Origin: an uncultured Chthonomonadaceae bacterium
GTDB taxonomy: Bacteria; Armatimonadota; Chthonomonadetes; Chthonomonadales; Chthonomonadaceae
Direction: 5' to 3'
Assembly: GCA_963817895.1 (NCBI GenBank)
Contig: CAWFQB010000003.1
Span: forward strand, 352,001 to 416,000
Length of the DNA: 64,000 nucleotides
The translations under genes were made by a program, and so were the position numbers. Below, piece by piece: positions 16,461 to 27,678 of this stretch; within the stretch, counting starts at the first letter, position 1; each line of letters starts with the position of its first letter. Below the pieces are notes generated by a model. It was not told where the DNA came from. It saw only the letters and a list, made by a program, of their open reading frames with translations, and searched no databases.

Positions 16461-18755
16461 CTACGGCGCGGGCAATCGGTAGCAGTAAGCGGTGTAGCGA
16501 AACTCGCTCCACGCGAGTTCGGGCATGGGGTCGCCGGGGAAAAGTGGGCGCGATACGGGGGTAAACCGTACCTGTACGCGGATTTGCGAACGTCCCTGCG
16601 TCAGGGCGCGGGGCAGCAGAAACTCGTCGTCGCGAAAACGGCGGTTAGAAGTTTGGGCGATATGCTGCGTCGCGCCGAGTTCGTCTTTCGGATTAGAGTA
16701 CACGCAGGTATTAGAACCAGCCAGATACCAGACGCCCGCTCTTTTCCATTGCGGTTTAGAGGGTGGATCAGGACTAGCCCTCATCCCCGGTTCTTCTCCC
16801 AACTTTGGGAGAAGGGAGTTGTTCGGCGCATCGGCAAGGTAGATTTCCGCCTGCTGATTGGGATAAGCGTAGTCCAGTTTGCGGCGCAGCAGAACGCCCA
16901 GGTTCTTCGGGTCGAGGCGCAGGGTGAATTCTGATACGCCTTTCATCGTTCGGCCCTAATCGGTTTGAGTGGGATAAATTTCCTGTCCGCGCAGGGTGTC
17001 CACGCCCCATTCATAGCGCGATGTGAGCGTGTACGGCGTTCCGGCGGTTGGCGAAACATAGTCGTGCGCGCGTTCGCTGTTCCGTATCGCCGACATGCAG
17101 TTCATCCGTTTGCATCAGCGCGGGGTGATTGACGCCGTACCAGTATGTGACCGTTTCGTAGTGTCCGGTTGATTCGTTCGTGCCGCCGTGTTCCAGTCGA
17201 ATGCAGGGCGTTTTTGCCGAAGGGCATCAGATCCGCCAAGCAGGAAACGGTACGCGGACTCGATCTTGTCTTCCTCGTTCTTCGCCTGCTTCGGGTTGGG
17301 CGCGCCGGTGGGATGGCCGGCAAGGGGCAGCGTCATGTTCTGCCCGCCCCAGTAATCGCCGCCCCCGCCCCACTCCTCGGTTCCCGTGCCCTGCGCCTGC
17401 GGCGTCTGGCTGTCATCGAAAAAGAAGCGCGGGTCGCCTTCCAGCGTGCCTAGATTCGCGTTATGCGAGAAGATGAACGACGTGCCGACAAGATGCCCCG
17501 CCCAATCGCCGCCGCCTTCCGTCTGTTTCGTATCCAGCAGAACCAGATCCTGTCCGGGTTCGGGGTGAGGATGGTCGCGGTACGTGGCGTGGAAATAGCC
17601 CACTTCGTCCGGGCGGGCATGAAGCGTTTCGTAGCGAACATTCCACGTCACATTATGTACATCGGCGTCGTCCGCGCCAACAAGTTCGATATGCGCGGCA
17701 TGGAAGAACGGCATGGGGAAATAGCAGGCGCAATGCACGCGCGTGGCATCGTAGCGGACGGACACGGGCAGGCTTTTCACCAGATACTCGCGATTGTCGC
17801 GGTTATACAGCGTTCCCGCGCCGAAGAACAGGGCAATGGGCGCGTCAATGGAGGGCATTTTAGGCGGTTTTGCCGTCATCGTCCCACGTAATGCGCAGGC
17901 GGGCATGTCCCAGATGCAAGCGCCTGTTCGCGGGGAGCGGAGAGTTCGAGGGCGCGTAGCATGCCGGGCGCGTGAACAATGCGGGCAAGGGTGACGGGAC
18001 TGTTGCGGGGAATTTTGACGTTGCCGTTGAGGACGCGCAAGCCGCGCTTTTTGGCGTCGGGCGTGTCGGGGCGGGGCGCGATGTCGGTTCCCGCCCGGTT
18101 CAGCAAATCCAGAACGTCATGCGTCGGGAACCGAAGCCGGTTTCCAGGCGCGAAGGGGGCGCGACAGCTTTGCGCCGGGCAGATACTGGTGATAGATGTA
18201 GTAGCCCGTGCCATAGTGCGTCCGGCTGTACGCCATTTGAAAACTTCGCGTAAACCCGATGGGAACCCACGACAGGTCGGCTCCCTGCGTGTCCGCCCAT
18301 GTCCATGCAAGGGGATTGGGAAACGCGGACTGCGGGCAGAAACACGGAATTGGGCGCGGGATGAACAGGGTCAGCCGTGCTGGTTTCCTGAACCGGTTGT
18401 CGGTACCGTCCACCACATAATGCCACGGACTGCCGTGCCAGTGGTTGGTACGGACGAAATACAGGATGCCCGCGCCCTCGACATCCAGACTGACGTTGAA
18501 ATCGTCCGCTGTCTGGTACAGAAAATGGCTGGCGTCCGCGCCCTCGTTGCCGCCCGCGCGGTCATACGTGCTGCGCATATACGCCCGTTCCCCGATTCGC
18601 TGATACGGCCACCGCTCCCACTGCCGGTACGCATCCAGCCCAATGGGAATGACAGGCGGTTCCTGCGCCGCGACAACCGAACCTGTCAGCAACAGCAGCA
18701 ATACCGTATAAAGCGTTTGAAAACACACTTTCAGTGGCATACACGGTTTATTCAT
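16461..18755 (-). CDS. DUF2961-domain (GH172-like) exported protein (several frameshifts)
   Basis: STYDRAGGNEGADASHF, CYFPMPF, GYFHATY, LEGDPRFFFD, GTGTEEWGGGGDYW across consecutive ORFs. Confidence 0.8.
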
Positions 18756-18866
18756 TTGGATGTTTTGAACGCTTCAGCGCCACATTCAGCAAAACAATGA
18801 GCGGCCCGGTATTCGTCAGCACTACAGTTTGCCTTCCTGATGCTTCTTTCTCAGCATCGCGCGGTA

Positions 18867-19211
18867 TCAGGCAGCGGCGTTTTGTTCGCGCCAATTCCAT
18901 GTCTTGTAGAGGGTGTCGAGAACTTCGCGCAGTTCGTTGGCGATTGCTTCGGGCGGATTGCCTGCCAGAGCGGACGCGACAAGACGCTCGGCCTCCCGAT
19001 ACTCGCCACAATCCAGTGCCAGCGTTGCCGCGCTGCGATGCAAGACTGAACGGGTCGGCTCCGTCTGCGCCTGTTCTGCCGCCTGCTTCTCCAGCACAAA
19101 GGCGTGGTAGGCTAAGGAACGCGCCGTTGCGAAATCGTTCCGTCGTCGAGCGGTAAATGCCTGCTCCGCCAACTCCATTGCCTGCTGATGTTGTTCGTTA
19201 AGGCTGTTCAT
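18867..19211 (-). CDS. Small all-helical hypothetical protein
   Basis: MNSLNEQHQQAMELAE...EPTRSVLHRSAATLALDCGEYREAERL..ALAGNPP; overlaps the upstream gene end. Confidence 0.8.
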   Translation of the reverse strand: MNSLNEQHQQAMELAEQAFTARRRNDFATARSLAYHAFVLEKQAAEQAQTEPTRSVLHRSAATLALDCGEYREAERLVASALAGNPPEAIANELREVLDTLYKTWNWREQNAAA

Positions 19212-19764
19212 CCTGCTCCATCCATACCCCCGGCGTATGAAACTCCACAACGACAATGTACGCCGGAAACTCTCCTGCGGAACGCCGCGTCTGCCGTATC
19301 TTCTCGCGTATGCGCGCTTCAACAATGTCTGTCGCGCCGTGTAATATCCCTGACACTTCCAGACGCGCTTTGCGTTCCAGCGGCTCTAACTGGCTGTCCG
19401 GCGAATTGACCGCGCCCAACCAGTAGTCGAAACCTGTCCCCTTGACACTACGTTCGACAACAGTATACCCGGTCAGTTCACGCGCTGCCAGAATAGCGAC
19501 GCCGCAGGCTCCCAATTCCGTCGCCTCCTGCAAATCCTGATACGCTCGACGCATCGTTTCGGATACCGGCAAGCGGTAAAACGTAAATGCCTGTTGGTCT
19601 GCCTGTCATCGCGCCTGCAACAAGCAATTCTCGCCATGCTCCTGATGGGCGAGACATACTGAGGCAGCTTCAGCCAATGCGCCTCCAAGAGCCGGAGTCA
19701 GAGCGGGCATACCCTCAATCAAACTCGCCAGATGTAATGTAATAAGTTCTCTTACTTCCGCCAT
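19198..19764 (-). CDS. Restriction-endonuclease-like (PD-(D/E)XK) hypothetical protein with in-frame TGA at 19606-19608
   Basis: EATELGACGVA..VERSVKGTGFDYWLG..ARLEVSGI; the frame continues upstream through one TGA to an ATG at 19764. Confidence 0.7.
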
Positions 19765-19900
19765 ATCCGCTATTTTCTTCTCTAATATTTCTGTCCGGTA
19801 TCAGGCTTTGCGCAAGTTTGCGTTCGCCAGAGTGCCATACACGGCAGGTTTGAATCAACAGACTGGTGGAAATAACGGCGCAATTGGCAACAATAACGTT

Positions 19901-21241
19901 TCAGGGCGTTGGTATTTCCGGGTCAACGAGGGCAGTGGACACGACTGCTTGCGTCAGACGTTCGCCCTCGCGGGGCTTTGTGATGGCGCGGGGAATGAGG
20001 GGCAGCACGGGCAGAATCAGGCCGGTAAACACAGTCGTCACGATCAGCGCGAGGGTAAATCCGCCCTTCTCATACAGCCACGAACCGAACAGGTCACTGG
20101 TATCCGCCGCCAGCGCGCTGGCGGCTCCCACAAACAGGAACGCCGCGCCCTCCAATTCCGGCGGGCAGCACCGAATCAGCAGATCGTTAAAAGCGCACAA
20201 CGCCACGCTGAGGGAAACGCCGGCCAGAAACGCGATCCCATACGCCTGCGCCTGATTGTGAATCAGCAGGAAGAGGGGGCAGCCGATGATGCCCAGCAGC
20301 GTTCCCCGTAGAGCAGGGGACGCAGGGACAGGCGGGTACAAAGCAGAGTATAGGCAAACGCCGAAACCAGGGTTCCTGCTCCCAACAGCGCCATCGCGTT
20401 GCCATAAGCGGATTCGGAGAGTTTCACGGTATTGGTCAGATAAAAGAACAGCGGCGTTCCCCATCCCGGCGCGAAAGCCCAGAGAAAGACAATGAGGGCA
20501 GGCAGATAAATGGCGCGGTGTCCTGCCAGACGGCGCAGCGCATGAAGCGCGTTCTCCGGCACGGCGCGGACAAGCAGGTCGTCTTCATGGGCAAACGCGG
20601 CGCGGGGCCGGAAGAACGCGAGGGCTACCATCGGGAGGCACAGCGCGGCGGAAATCCAGAAAGCGGTATGCTGATGCGCGGCATCGGAAAGATGCCCGCC
20701 CGCCGCATTGGAAGCAATACTGATGAGGCGGGGAACTACGAGCAGGGCGACGGAGAGACGTCCGGCCATCCCGTTATACTGGCTTATGGAGGTCAGCAGG
20801 CCGTTCACCGCCGCGCCCATCCATACGGAAAACACGCCGAACAGCAGCAAACACGCTCAATACGCGCCCGTATGTGAAGGTTCCGAAACCGAGCAGGCAT
20901 AAAGAGCCGGCCATCAGCAGAGGCAGAAACAAAAAATAGCCCCGGTCGCCCCGCCCGAGAGGACGCCAGCGGTCCCGAATAAATCCAAAAGCAAAACCGA
21001 GATAAAAGGGTATGTCTATTAGCAGAGTGAACACGGAAATTTGCGGCGGCGAGAGTTTGAAGGTGTTCTTGAGCAGGAATTGAAGCGGAATTCCGTAAAC
21101 GCCGATGCTGCCGAGGTTGAACAGCAACAGCAGCAGAACGGCGTAAGCGGCAATTCGCCCGGTTTGCCGGGGGGCAATGGTGGCCGCGCCTTCCAGGGAT
21201 GCGCCTGAAGGGGCGTCAACAACATCAAGCGGAGTGGGCAT
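19901..21241 (-). CDS. MFS transporter, BT1 folate/biopterin-like (frameshifts)
   Basis: Multiple TM helices; PLQFLLKNTFKLSP, FGFIRDR, TPLFFYLTNTVKLS, RCCPPELEG. Confidence 0.75.
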
Positions 21242-21423
21242 GAGAAATCTCCATATTGTGCGGTAAACAAGAGAAGCAGTTGAGAAATGACGCTTTTCTA
21301 CGCTCGACGTTGAGAGTTCTCTTTAATTCAACAAAGTTCTTGTGACTCCTGCAAATTAATCTATATAATTATTCCCATCGCAAGATTGATTTTCCATTTG
21401 ATAATGTTGTCATAACAGGAAAT

Positions 21424-21497
21424 CGGCGACGGCGGGCCTCGAACCCGCGCCTTCTCCCTGAAAAGGAGATGTTCTTCGCGTTTGAAACTACGTCACC
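21424..21497 (-). tRNA. Non-canonical tRNA-like RNA, anticodon TTC (Glu)
   Basis: Minus strand GGTGACG-TA-GTTTCAAACGCGAAGAAC-A-TCTCC-TTTTCAG-GGAGA-AGGC-GCGGG-TTCGAGG-CCCGC-CGTCGCC-G folds as a cloverleaf; no D-loop GG, no encoded CCA. Confidence 0.7.
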
Positions 21498-21548
21498 GGT
21501 AGAGCAATCCCAAACAAGGTAAACACAGCGGAAAGCGTCTTTATCGAA

Positions 21549-21622
21549 GGGCGGACGACGGGCCTCGAACCCATACCTCAACATTTGCAGTGTTGTGTTC
21601 TTCGCGTTTGAACTACGCCGCC
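21549..21622 (-). tRNA. Non-canonical tRNA-like RNA, anticodon GCA (Cys)
   Basis: GGCGGCG-TA-GTTC-AAACGCGAA-GAAC-A-CAACA-CTGCAAA-TGTTG-AGGT-ATGGG-TTCGAGG-CCCGT-CGTCCGCC; one bulge in the acceptor stem. Confidence 0.7.
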
Positions 21623-21664
21623 ATATACATACGCGCTCTTCAACCATTTGTAAACGGGAAGGGT

Positions 21665-21739
21665 CGGCGGCGATGGGCCTCGAACCCATACCTTGAGACT
21701 TATGAGGAGCCATGTTCTTCGCGTTTAAACTACGCCGCC
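21665..21739 (-). tRNA. Non-canonical tRNA-like RNA, probable anticodon CAT with imperfect anticodon stem
   Basis: GGCGGCG-TA-GTTTAAACGCGAAGAAC-A-TGGCTC-CTCATAA-GTCTCA-AGGT-ATGGG-TTCGAGG-CCCAT-CGCCGCC-G. Confidence 0.6.
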
Positions 21740-21762
21740 GATAGTGACCGATAGGAACTCTG

Positions 21763-22717
21763 TCACGCTGCCGCAACCGGTGGAGAAGCGGCGGCGCGGT
21801 TTTGTCGCCACACGCGCCACTGTTCCAGCGCGGCGGCGGCCAGAATGATGAAGGCCACGAACAGGTTGGATTGTTCGGGCGGGCGGTGGGTTAAAATCAG
21901 GGCGTTGCGCAGCAGGGCGATCAGCAATGCGCCCAACGCGGCTCCCAACAGGCTGCCGTCGCCCCCCGTGATGCGGATGCCGCCGACCACGCAGGCCGCA
22001 ATCACGTTCAGTTCCGCGCCCTCGCCCACAACCGATTGCGTGGTGTTGTTGAACCCCATCAGAATCAGGCCCTGCCAGTCCCGCGCACAGTCCTGACAGC
22101 AGATACGTCCACCGCTTCACGCCCCCGACGGCTATGCCCGACAGCCGCGCCGATTGCTCACTTCCGCCAATGGCAAGCGTCCACCGTCCCAACCGGGTTT
22201 GGCGGGAAAGCGAAACAAATACGCCCGTTACGACAACAAGCAGCAGCGTGGGCATCCAGCCAGTTCCCAACACGCGGAACGCATCGGGAAACGGGCCGAA
22301 GTTGCGGGCATGGGTGAGCAGGCTCGTGCCGTGCCGAAACAGCAACAGCGTGGCAAGCGTGGTCAGAATGGGCGGCAGGCGGCGGTACGTGACCAATGCG
22401 CCGTTGATACTGCCCGCAATCGCGCCCGCGCCCAACCCGCACACGACACTGAGCGGCCATGCCAATCCCGCCGCCAGCGTGAGCGCGGTCACGCAGCTTG
22501 ACAGCGCGACAATCGCCCCGACCGACAAATCCAGCCCGCCACCGAGTATTACCAGCCCCTCGCCACACGCCATGACGCCGATAAACGCGGCCTCCTGCCC
22601 CACAATGCTCAGATTGCTGCCGCCCCGAAACGAAGGAACGGTTTGCAGCATCCAGCCGCACAACAGGGCAATCAGCAGGAGGGTGGGAAACTCGCGTGGC
22701 ACAGTTCGGGAATGCAT
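21763..22717 (-). CDS. Sugar ABC transporter permease, RbsC type (frameshift near 22070)
   Basis: GGGLDLSVGAI, TRLGRWTLAIGGSEQSARLSGI, ELNVIAACVVGGIRITGG. Confidence 0.92.
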
Positions 22718-22720
22718 TGT

Positions 22721-24017
22721 CTATCCCGCCTTCGCCATCACGCCCACAAACAGCAGCGCGCCCGTTTGCCGGTCACGAATGGCGTACAAAAACGGGCGGT
22801 CAAAAACAAGGTGGAACGGAGGATGGACAGGCATGGCAAGGCTGCGCGACATTATCACGGCGGTTGCGGCAGCGGCTTCCGTACCCTGTTCGTTCACCTC
22901 CACGAATGTTTTATGGATCACCTTGCTAATAAAAAGCGGGTGACGGCTCATGCCGGAAAAGTTGGCGGTCGCGTCAAACGCCGCGCCCATGCCCAGCGTG
23001 GTCAGCGGCTCGTTCAGTTCCGTGCCGTATTCGGCGCGGAAACGGGGCAGTTCCACCGTACCCGGCTGAACGAACAGGCTTGTCGTCCATTTCTGCCAGT
23101 TTTCCGGCGTGGCCTCGCTCACAATTCGGTTCAGCGACGCGCCCGGTGACGGCAGCAGCAGCAGCATATCCAGACGATTGCCCGCATATGGCAGGCTGAC
23201 CATCTGAAAGTTCGGGGTTTGATAGTAGCCGAATTTGCCGTTCGTCCGCATCATTTTGCACGTCTGCGGGTTTCCATGCGCGGGGTGAAACGGTTTTTCG
23301 GTTGTCAGTTTCGCATCGAACGGGGTTTGCCACAGCCCTTTGAAGTACACGGCGTTGATGAGCGCGGCCTCCATGCCCGCCACTTCCCGCGCGGTCACGA
23401 TTTGCGTGATTTTGTGGTTTGTGTGTTGGTCTACCCAGGCGTTGATGGATTGGGGCGCGCCCTGCAAACCGTCAATCTGCGCGTTATAAAACTGCTGCGC
23501 GCGCTGAAGAAAGTCCGGCAAAATCTCCTCCCGTTTGCGCAGCCACAGGGAATTGGCGATGTCGAGCAGGGGCGGGGTAACGGCAGACGCGGCAGGAGGC
23601 GGGCGCGTTCGGCTTTGCGGCAGGCGTTTTTTCCGGCGCGGTCAGGCTGGAAAGCAGGGCGTGACTGGATTGGTTCACGTCCTCCAGACTCATCCCGTCC
23701 AATCCGAGCGCTTTTGCCATTGCCTCCTGCGTGGTTCCCTTTGCGCCGTTGTAGGTCATTTGAAGCGCGAACGCGATGCTGACGGGCGAAATGCAGATAT
23801 TGGTATCCGCATCTTTTTTGAGTATTTCGTCGAACAGGCGAAAGCCGAACCGATTGTCGGCGTTCGCGATTTTATCCCCGGCAACGGCGGCAACGGGTTG
23901 CGAGCGCGAAGTGGAAGGCATGGACGAAGTTCCTTTCTGCGCGCGTCCCATCAGCGGAAGCGCAGCCAGACAGCAGACAGCACAAGCCGTTTTTACGCGA
24001 CCGGATTTATAGCGCAT
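22721..24017 (-). CDS. Secreted serpin (frameshifts near 23500-23620)
   Basis: NICISPVSIAFALQM, INAVYFKGLW, VEVNEQGTEAAAAT hinge, FDRPFLYAIRD. Confidence 0.95.
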
Positions 24018-24154
24018 TGTTCTTAGACCTTCCTGTCTTTCTCCTCGTTCTTCCTGCAACACTGTCAGCAGTTGTTCCCGACCGCGCCATTCAGGCTCGT
24101 ATTCAGGTATTTTGATGCTTTCAGACGAACGAAGTTCATGCCGACTGTTTGCTG

Positions 24155-24763
24155 TCAGGAAATCTCTTGTCGCAGCATGGCAAGCAGAATACCGACAACC
24201 TTCTCAATATTACCAAGATAGTACAGGTCGCTGTCAGCGGTCGCGGCGGTTCCCTGAAGACGTAAAAACTGCCAGTCCGTGCCGGTCGTAATCACCCCGT
24301 AAAGCGTTGCGATAGGACGTTCCTGAGCTGTATTGAATATCTGCGCGGCAACGAGTTCGGCAAGGCATTGCGGGATGCCGGCGAGGATGTTCTCCTTTTT
24401 TGCCTCCACTATAGAAACAACGGGGGCCGAAACGACAAGCGCATCCGGCGTCAGGCTGAACAGGAAATCGCAATAGCCGGACAGTCCGCGCGGAACGTCT
24501 ACATCAAATTCGATGCCGGAAAACAGGCTGGCCTGTTCGCGCCGCTGCTGGCATACTTCGGCAAGAATGGGCGCGATGAGATACTCGGAACGCGCTTTAT
24601 CCGAACCGCTCGGCAGGGCAAAGCGGGAATTTTGCGCCAGCATCAGACGCAGCAATTCCGAAACAGGCGCGGACGGCACGGCGCTGAAAAGACCGGCCTG
24701 CCTGTGAATGCGAATACCGAAGTCGCGTTCCAATTGCGGAATCGTGAACTGATTGTAGGCCAT
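24155..24763 (-). CDS. PD-(D/E)XK restriction-endonuclease-like hypothetical protein
   Basis: SDKARSEYLIAPIL, GLSGYCDF, IVEAKK, QCLAELVAAQIFN, YGVITTGTDWQF. Confidence 0.8.
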   Translation of the reverse strand: MAYNQFTIPQLERDFGIRIHRQAGLFSAVPSAPVSELLRLMLAQNSRFALPSGSDKARSEYLIAPILAEVCQQRREQASLFSGIEFDVDVPRGLSGYCDFLFSLTPDALVVSAPVVSIVEAKKENILAGIPQCLAELVAAQIFNTAQERPIATLYGVITTGTDWQFLRLQGTAATADSDLYYLGNIEKVVGILLAMLRQEIS

Positions 24764-25064
24764 GAAGCGGACTCCTCGACGCAGGCAAATGCGTACTATT
24801 CCATTATACCCTGTACTTACAGGGCGCTCTTTGTAGATTCTTGTGGATGCGTTCAAAACGCGAAATGGTAAGAATCGGAAAATATTGCAGGAATATGGCT
24901 TGTCGCGCTGGAATAGTCTCCTCGTGTCCTCGACGCTCAACGGCTTCGGCGTTTCCCTGCGCGTTGTCTCTTCTGATCGTTTGTCCGATTACGGGAACGA
25001 AACGCCTGTTATAGCCTGCGCCCGATTTTTGGGCGCTGAATGCCTGTCGTAAAAGGAAACCGCC

Positions 25065-27222
25065 ATGCTGCTGTCTGCCAGCCTGCTGCTGCTTGCCACC
25101 CTTCCCAGTGGCGTCAACCCATCGGCCAAAATTATGTCACCCATTCAAAACACGGACTTCTATCTCCACACCCGACAGCCCGGAAAAGCGCAGAGTTGCG
25201 CCGCCGCATACGCTGGACACGCCCCGCGCATTTCCCGAACCTTGCCGACCGCAAAGCGTGGGAAGCGCGCCGGCGAACAGATTCGCCAGCAGGTTCTCGT
25301 CTCCTGCGGCCTGTATCCCCTCCCGCCCAAAACGCCCCTGAAAGCCAAAATCTTCGGGCGCGTCGAACGCGACGGCTACACCATCGAAAAAGTCTACTTC
25401 CAGACCTATCCCGGCTTCTATCTGGCGGGCAATCTGTACCGGCCGGGTAAGGGTATCGGGAGTAGGGGCGTGGGGAGCGGAGGAGTCAGGAAGAACGCTC
25501 CTCACACCCCACTCCCCACACCCGACATCCCGGCATTTTGATCGCGCACGGCCATTGGGACGACGGGCGCATGGCGGACGGGCCGGACGGCTCGATTGCG
25601 GCGCGCGCAATTACGTTTGCGCGGCAGGGTTGCGTGGCCTTTACCTATGACATGGTGGGCTACAACGATACGCGGCAGATTCCCAAGCACCGGACGTTCG
25701 GGGCGGACCGGGAACACTGGCTGTGGGGCGTGTCGCTCATGGGGCTGCAAACGTGGAACAGCGTCCGCGCCCTCGATTTTCTTGAATCGCCTGCCGGATG
25801 TGGACAAGTCGCGGCTTGCCATCACGGGCGAATCGGGCGGCGGCACGCAGACCATGATGCTGGGCGCGATTGACGACCGGCTGGCAGCCGTCGCGCCGTG
25901 CGTGATGGTGTCGCACTCCATGCAGGGCGGCTGTTTGTGCGAAAACGCGCCCGGGCTGCGCGTGGATTTTTCCAACATGGAGATCGCCGCCGCTGCCGCG
26001 CCCAAACCGCAGATCATGGTGGGCGCGACCGGGGACTGGACCGAGACCATGATGACCGTAGAGGGTCCGGCGGTGCAAGCGTGTACAATCTGGACGGACA
26101 GCCGGACAATTTCAAGTACGTGATCTTTCCCTTCAACCACAACATCAACAAAACCAGCCGGGACGCCGTGTATCAGTTCTTCGGCAAAGTTCTGCTGCAC
26201 GATCCGAACGCCGACCATTTTACGGAGCCGCCGTATCAGCGCGAAGCCGTTGCCGACCTGCGCGTGTTCCCCGACAACACGCCCCTGCCCGCCGACGCCA
26301 AAACCGATGTCCAACTCACGCAGTACCTCAAGGAGTTGGGACAGCAGCAGTTGGAAAAAGCGAAGCCACATGACAGGCGCAGCCTGACCGCGTTCAAAAA
26401 AACGTATCAGCCGGCGTTGGGAACGGACGCTGGAACTGGAACTCGTCCGCGCAGTTGTCAGCCATCGAATTCTACGGAGAAATCTACGCAGACTCGCCGA
26501 AGGCTACCTCATCAGTCATGCGCGTATCGGGCGGCAGGGACACGACGAATCCATTCCTCTCATCCGCGTCACGCCTGCTAATTCCTCTAATCAGGCGGTT
26601 ATTCTGCTCCATCCGCAGGGCAAAACCGCGCTGATGGCAGTAAATGGACAGCCCGGTTCTATAGTGCGCGCGTTACTGGCGAAAGGCCGAACGGTTATCC
26701 TCCCGGACGTATTCCTGACCGGCGAACGCGCCAATTCTGCGGTTTCCGTTTCGCGGCGCAAGGTAACAGGATAATTTTGGCGAGTTCTTCACCACGTACA
26801 ACCGCACCGATCTGCAAGAGCGCGTACAGGACATTCTTACCGTTTGCGCGTATCTGCGTCAGATGGACGGCAAAACAAAGATAACGCTGGTGGGAATGGA
26901 GCAGGCAGGGATATGGGCGATGCTGGCCGCGCCCGCCGCCGATGCCGTCATTGCCGACTGCAATCAACTCGACCTGACCAACGACGACGCGCTGCTGTCG
27001 GACGACCTGTTCGTACCCTGCCTGCGCAAAATGGGAGATTTCCGAACCAGTCTGACGCTTGCCGCGCCCCATCCCCTTCTGCTGCACAACACGGGCGCGA
27101 AGTTCACTGCTGCCGACTGGCTGCATGATGTGTACGCCGGTGTCGCCGCCATGCCGAAACTGCAAGCCTCCCCTGAACGTCTGACGTCTGACGCGCTTGT
27201 AAACTGGCTGACCACGCATTAG
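25065..27222 (+). CDS. Exported alpha/beta hydrolase (acetylxylan-esterase-like), several frameshifts
   Basis: YTIEKVYFQTYPG..GNLYRP, HGHW, YDMVGYND, nucleophile TGESGGGTQT, CLCENAP. Confidence 0.85.
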
Positions 27223-27333
27223 CGATCTTTGCATGCGCTTTGCAGGAATTGCTTTTCCTCTGTCTAACTTAGCCTTGAAGAAGGCTGTGGTACAATGTTC
27301 AACATCGCGCAATATCACAACGAGGACTGAATC

Positions 27334-27678
27334 ATGAGTCAGGCAGTAACCGAACAGATTTCCGCTGGCGATTGGAACGCCACTCCTCCCGCTGTACAGC
27401 AACACCTGATTGCGTTAGAGCGGGAAATGAACTCTGCGCGTGAACAACTGCGTAAACTTGAACTCGCGCAGGAAGTCGGAGGGGAACGTCACCGGCACAG
27501 ACTTGAGCGCTACCATGCGCTTGTGGAACAGCAGTTTCTCTCAGGATTGACTCCGGAAGAGCAGCAGGAGATTGAGCGGCTTGGCCGGGAAATAGATGCG
27601 GCAAATTCTGCCTTTTACCCTTCCCTTGCGTCGCTTGCGGAAACCATTGAACTGCACACGGGAAAACAGCCCAAATGA
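27334..27678 (+). CDS. Small coiled-coil hypothetical protein
   Basis: GAGGA RBS; stop overlaps the next start (ATGA). Confidence 0.65.
   Translation: MSQAVTEQISAGDWNATPPAVQQHLIALEREMNSAREQLRKLELAQEVGGERHRHRLERYHALVEQQFLSGLTPEEQQEIERLGREIDAANSAFYPSLASLAETIELHTGKQPK

Noticed and set aside
21695..21712. Selenocysteine/opal-suppressor tRNA (alternative fold with TCA anticodon)
   Set aside because: No long variable arm, and this fold puts C at position 33; CTCATAA is the more canonical loop
21424..21741. CRISPR array
   Set aside because: Only three ~75-nt units that fold as cloverleafs with internal variable segments; no cas genes
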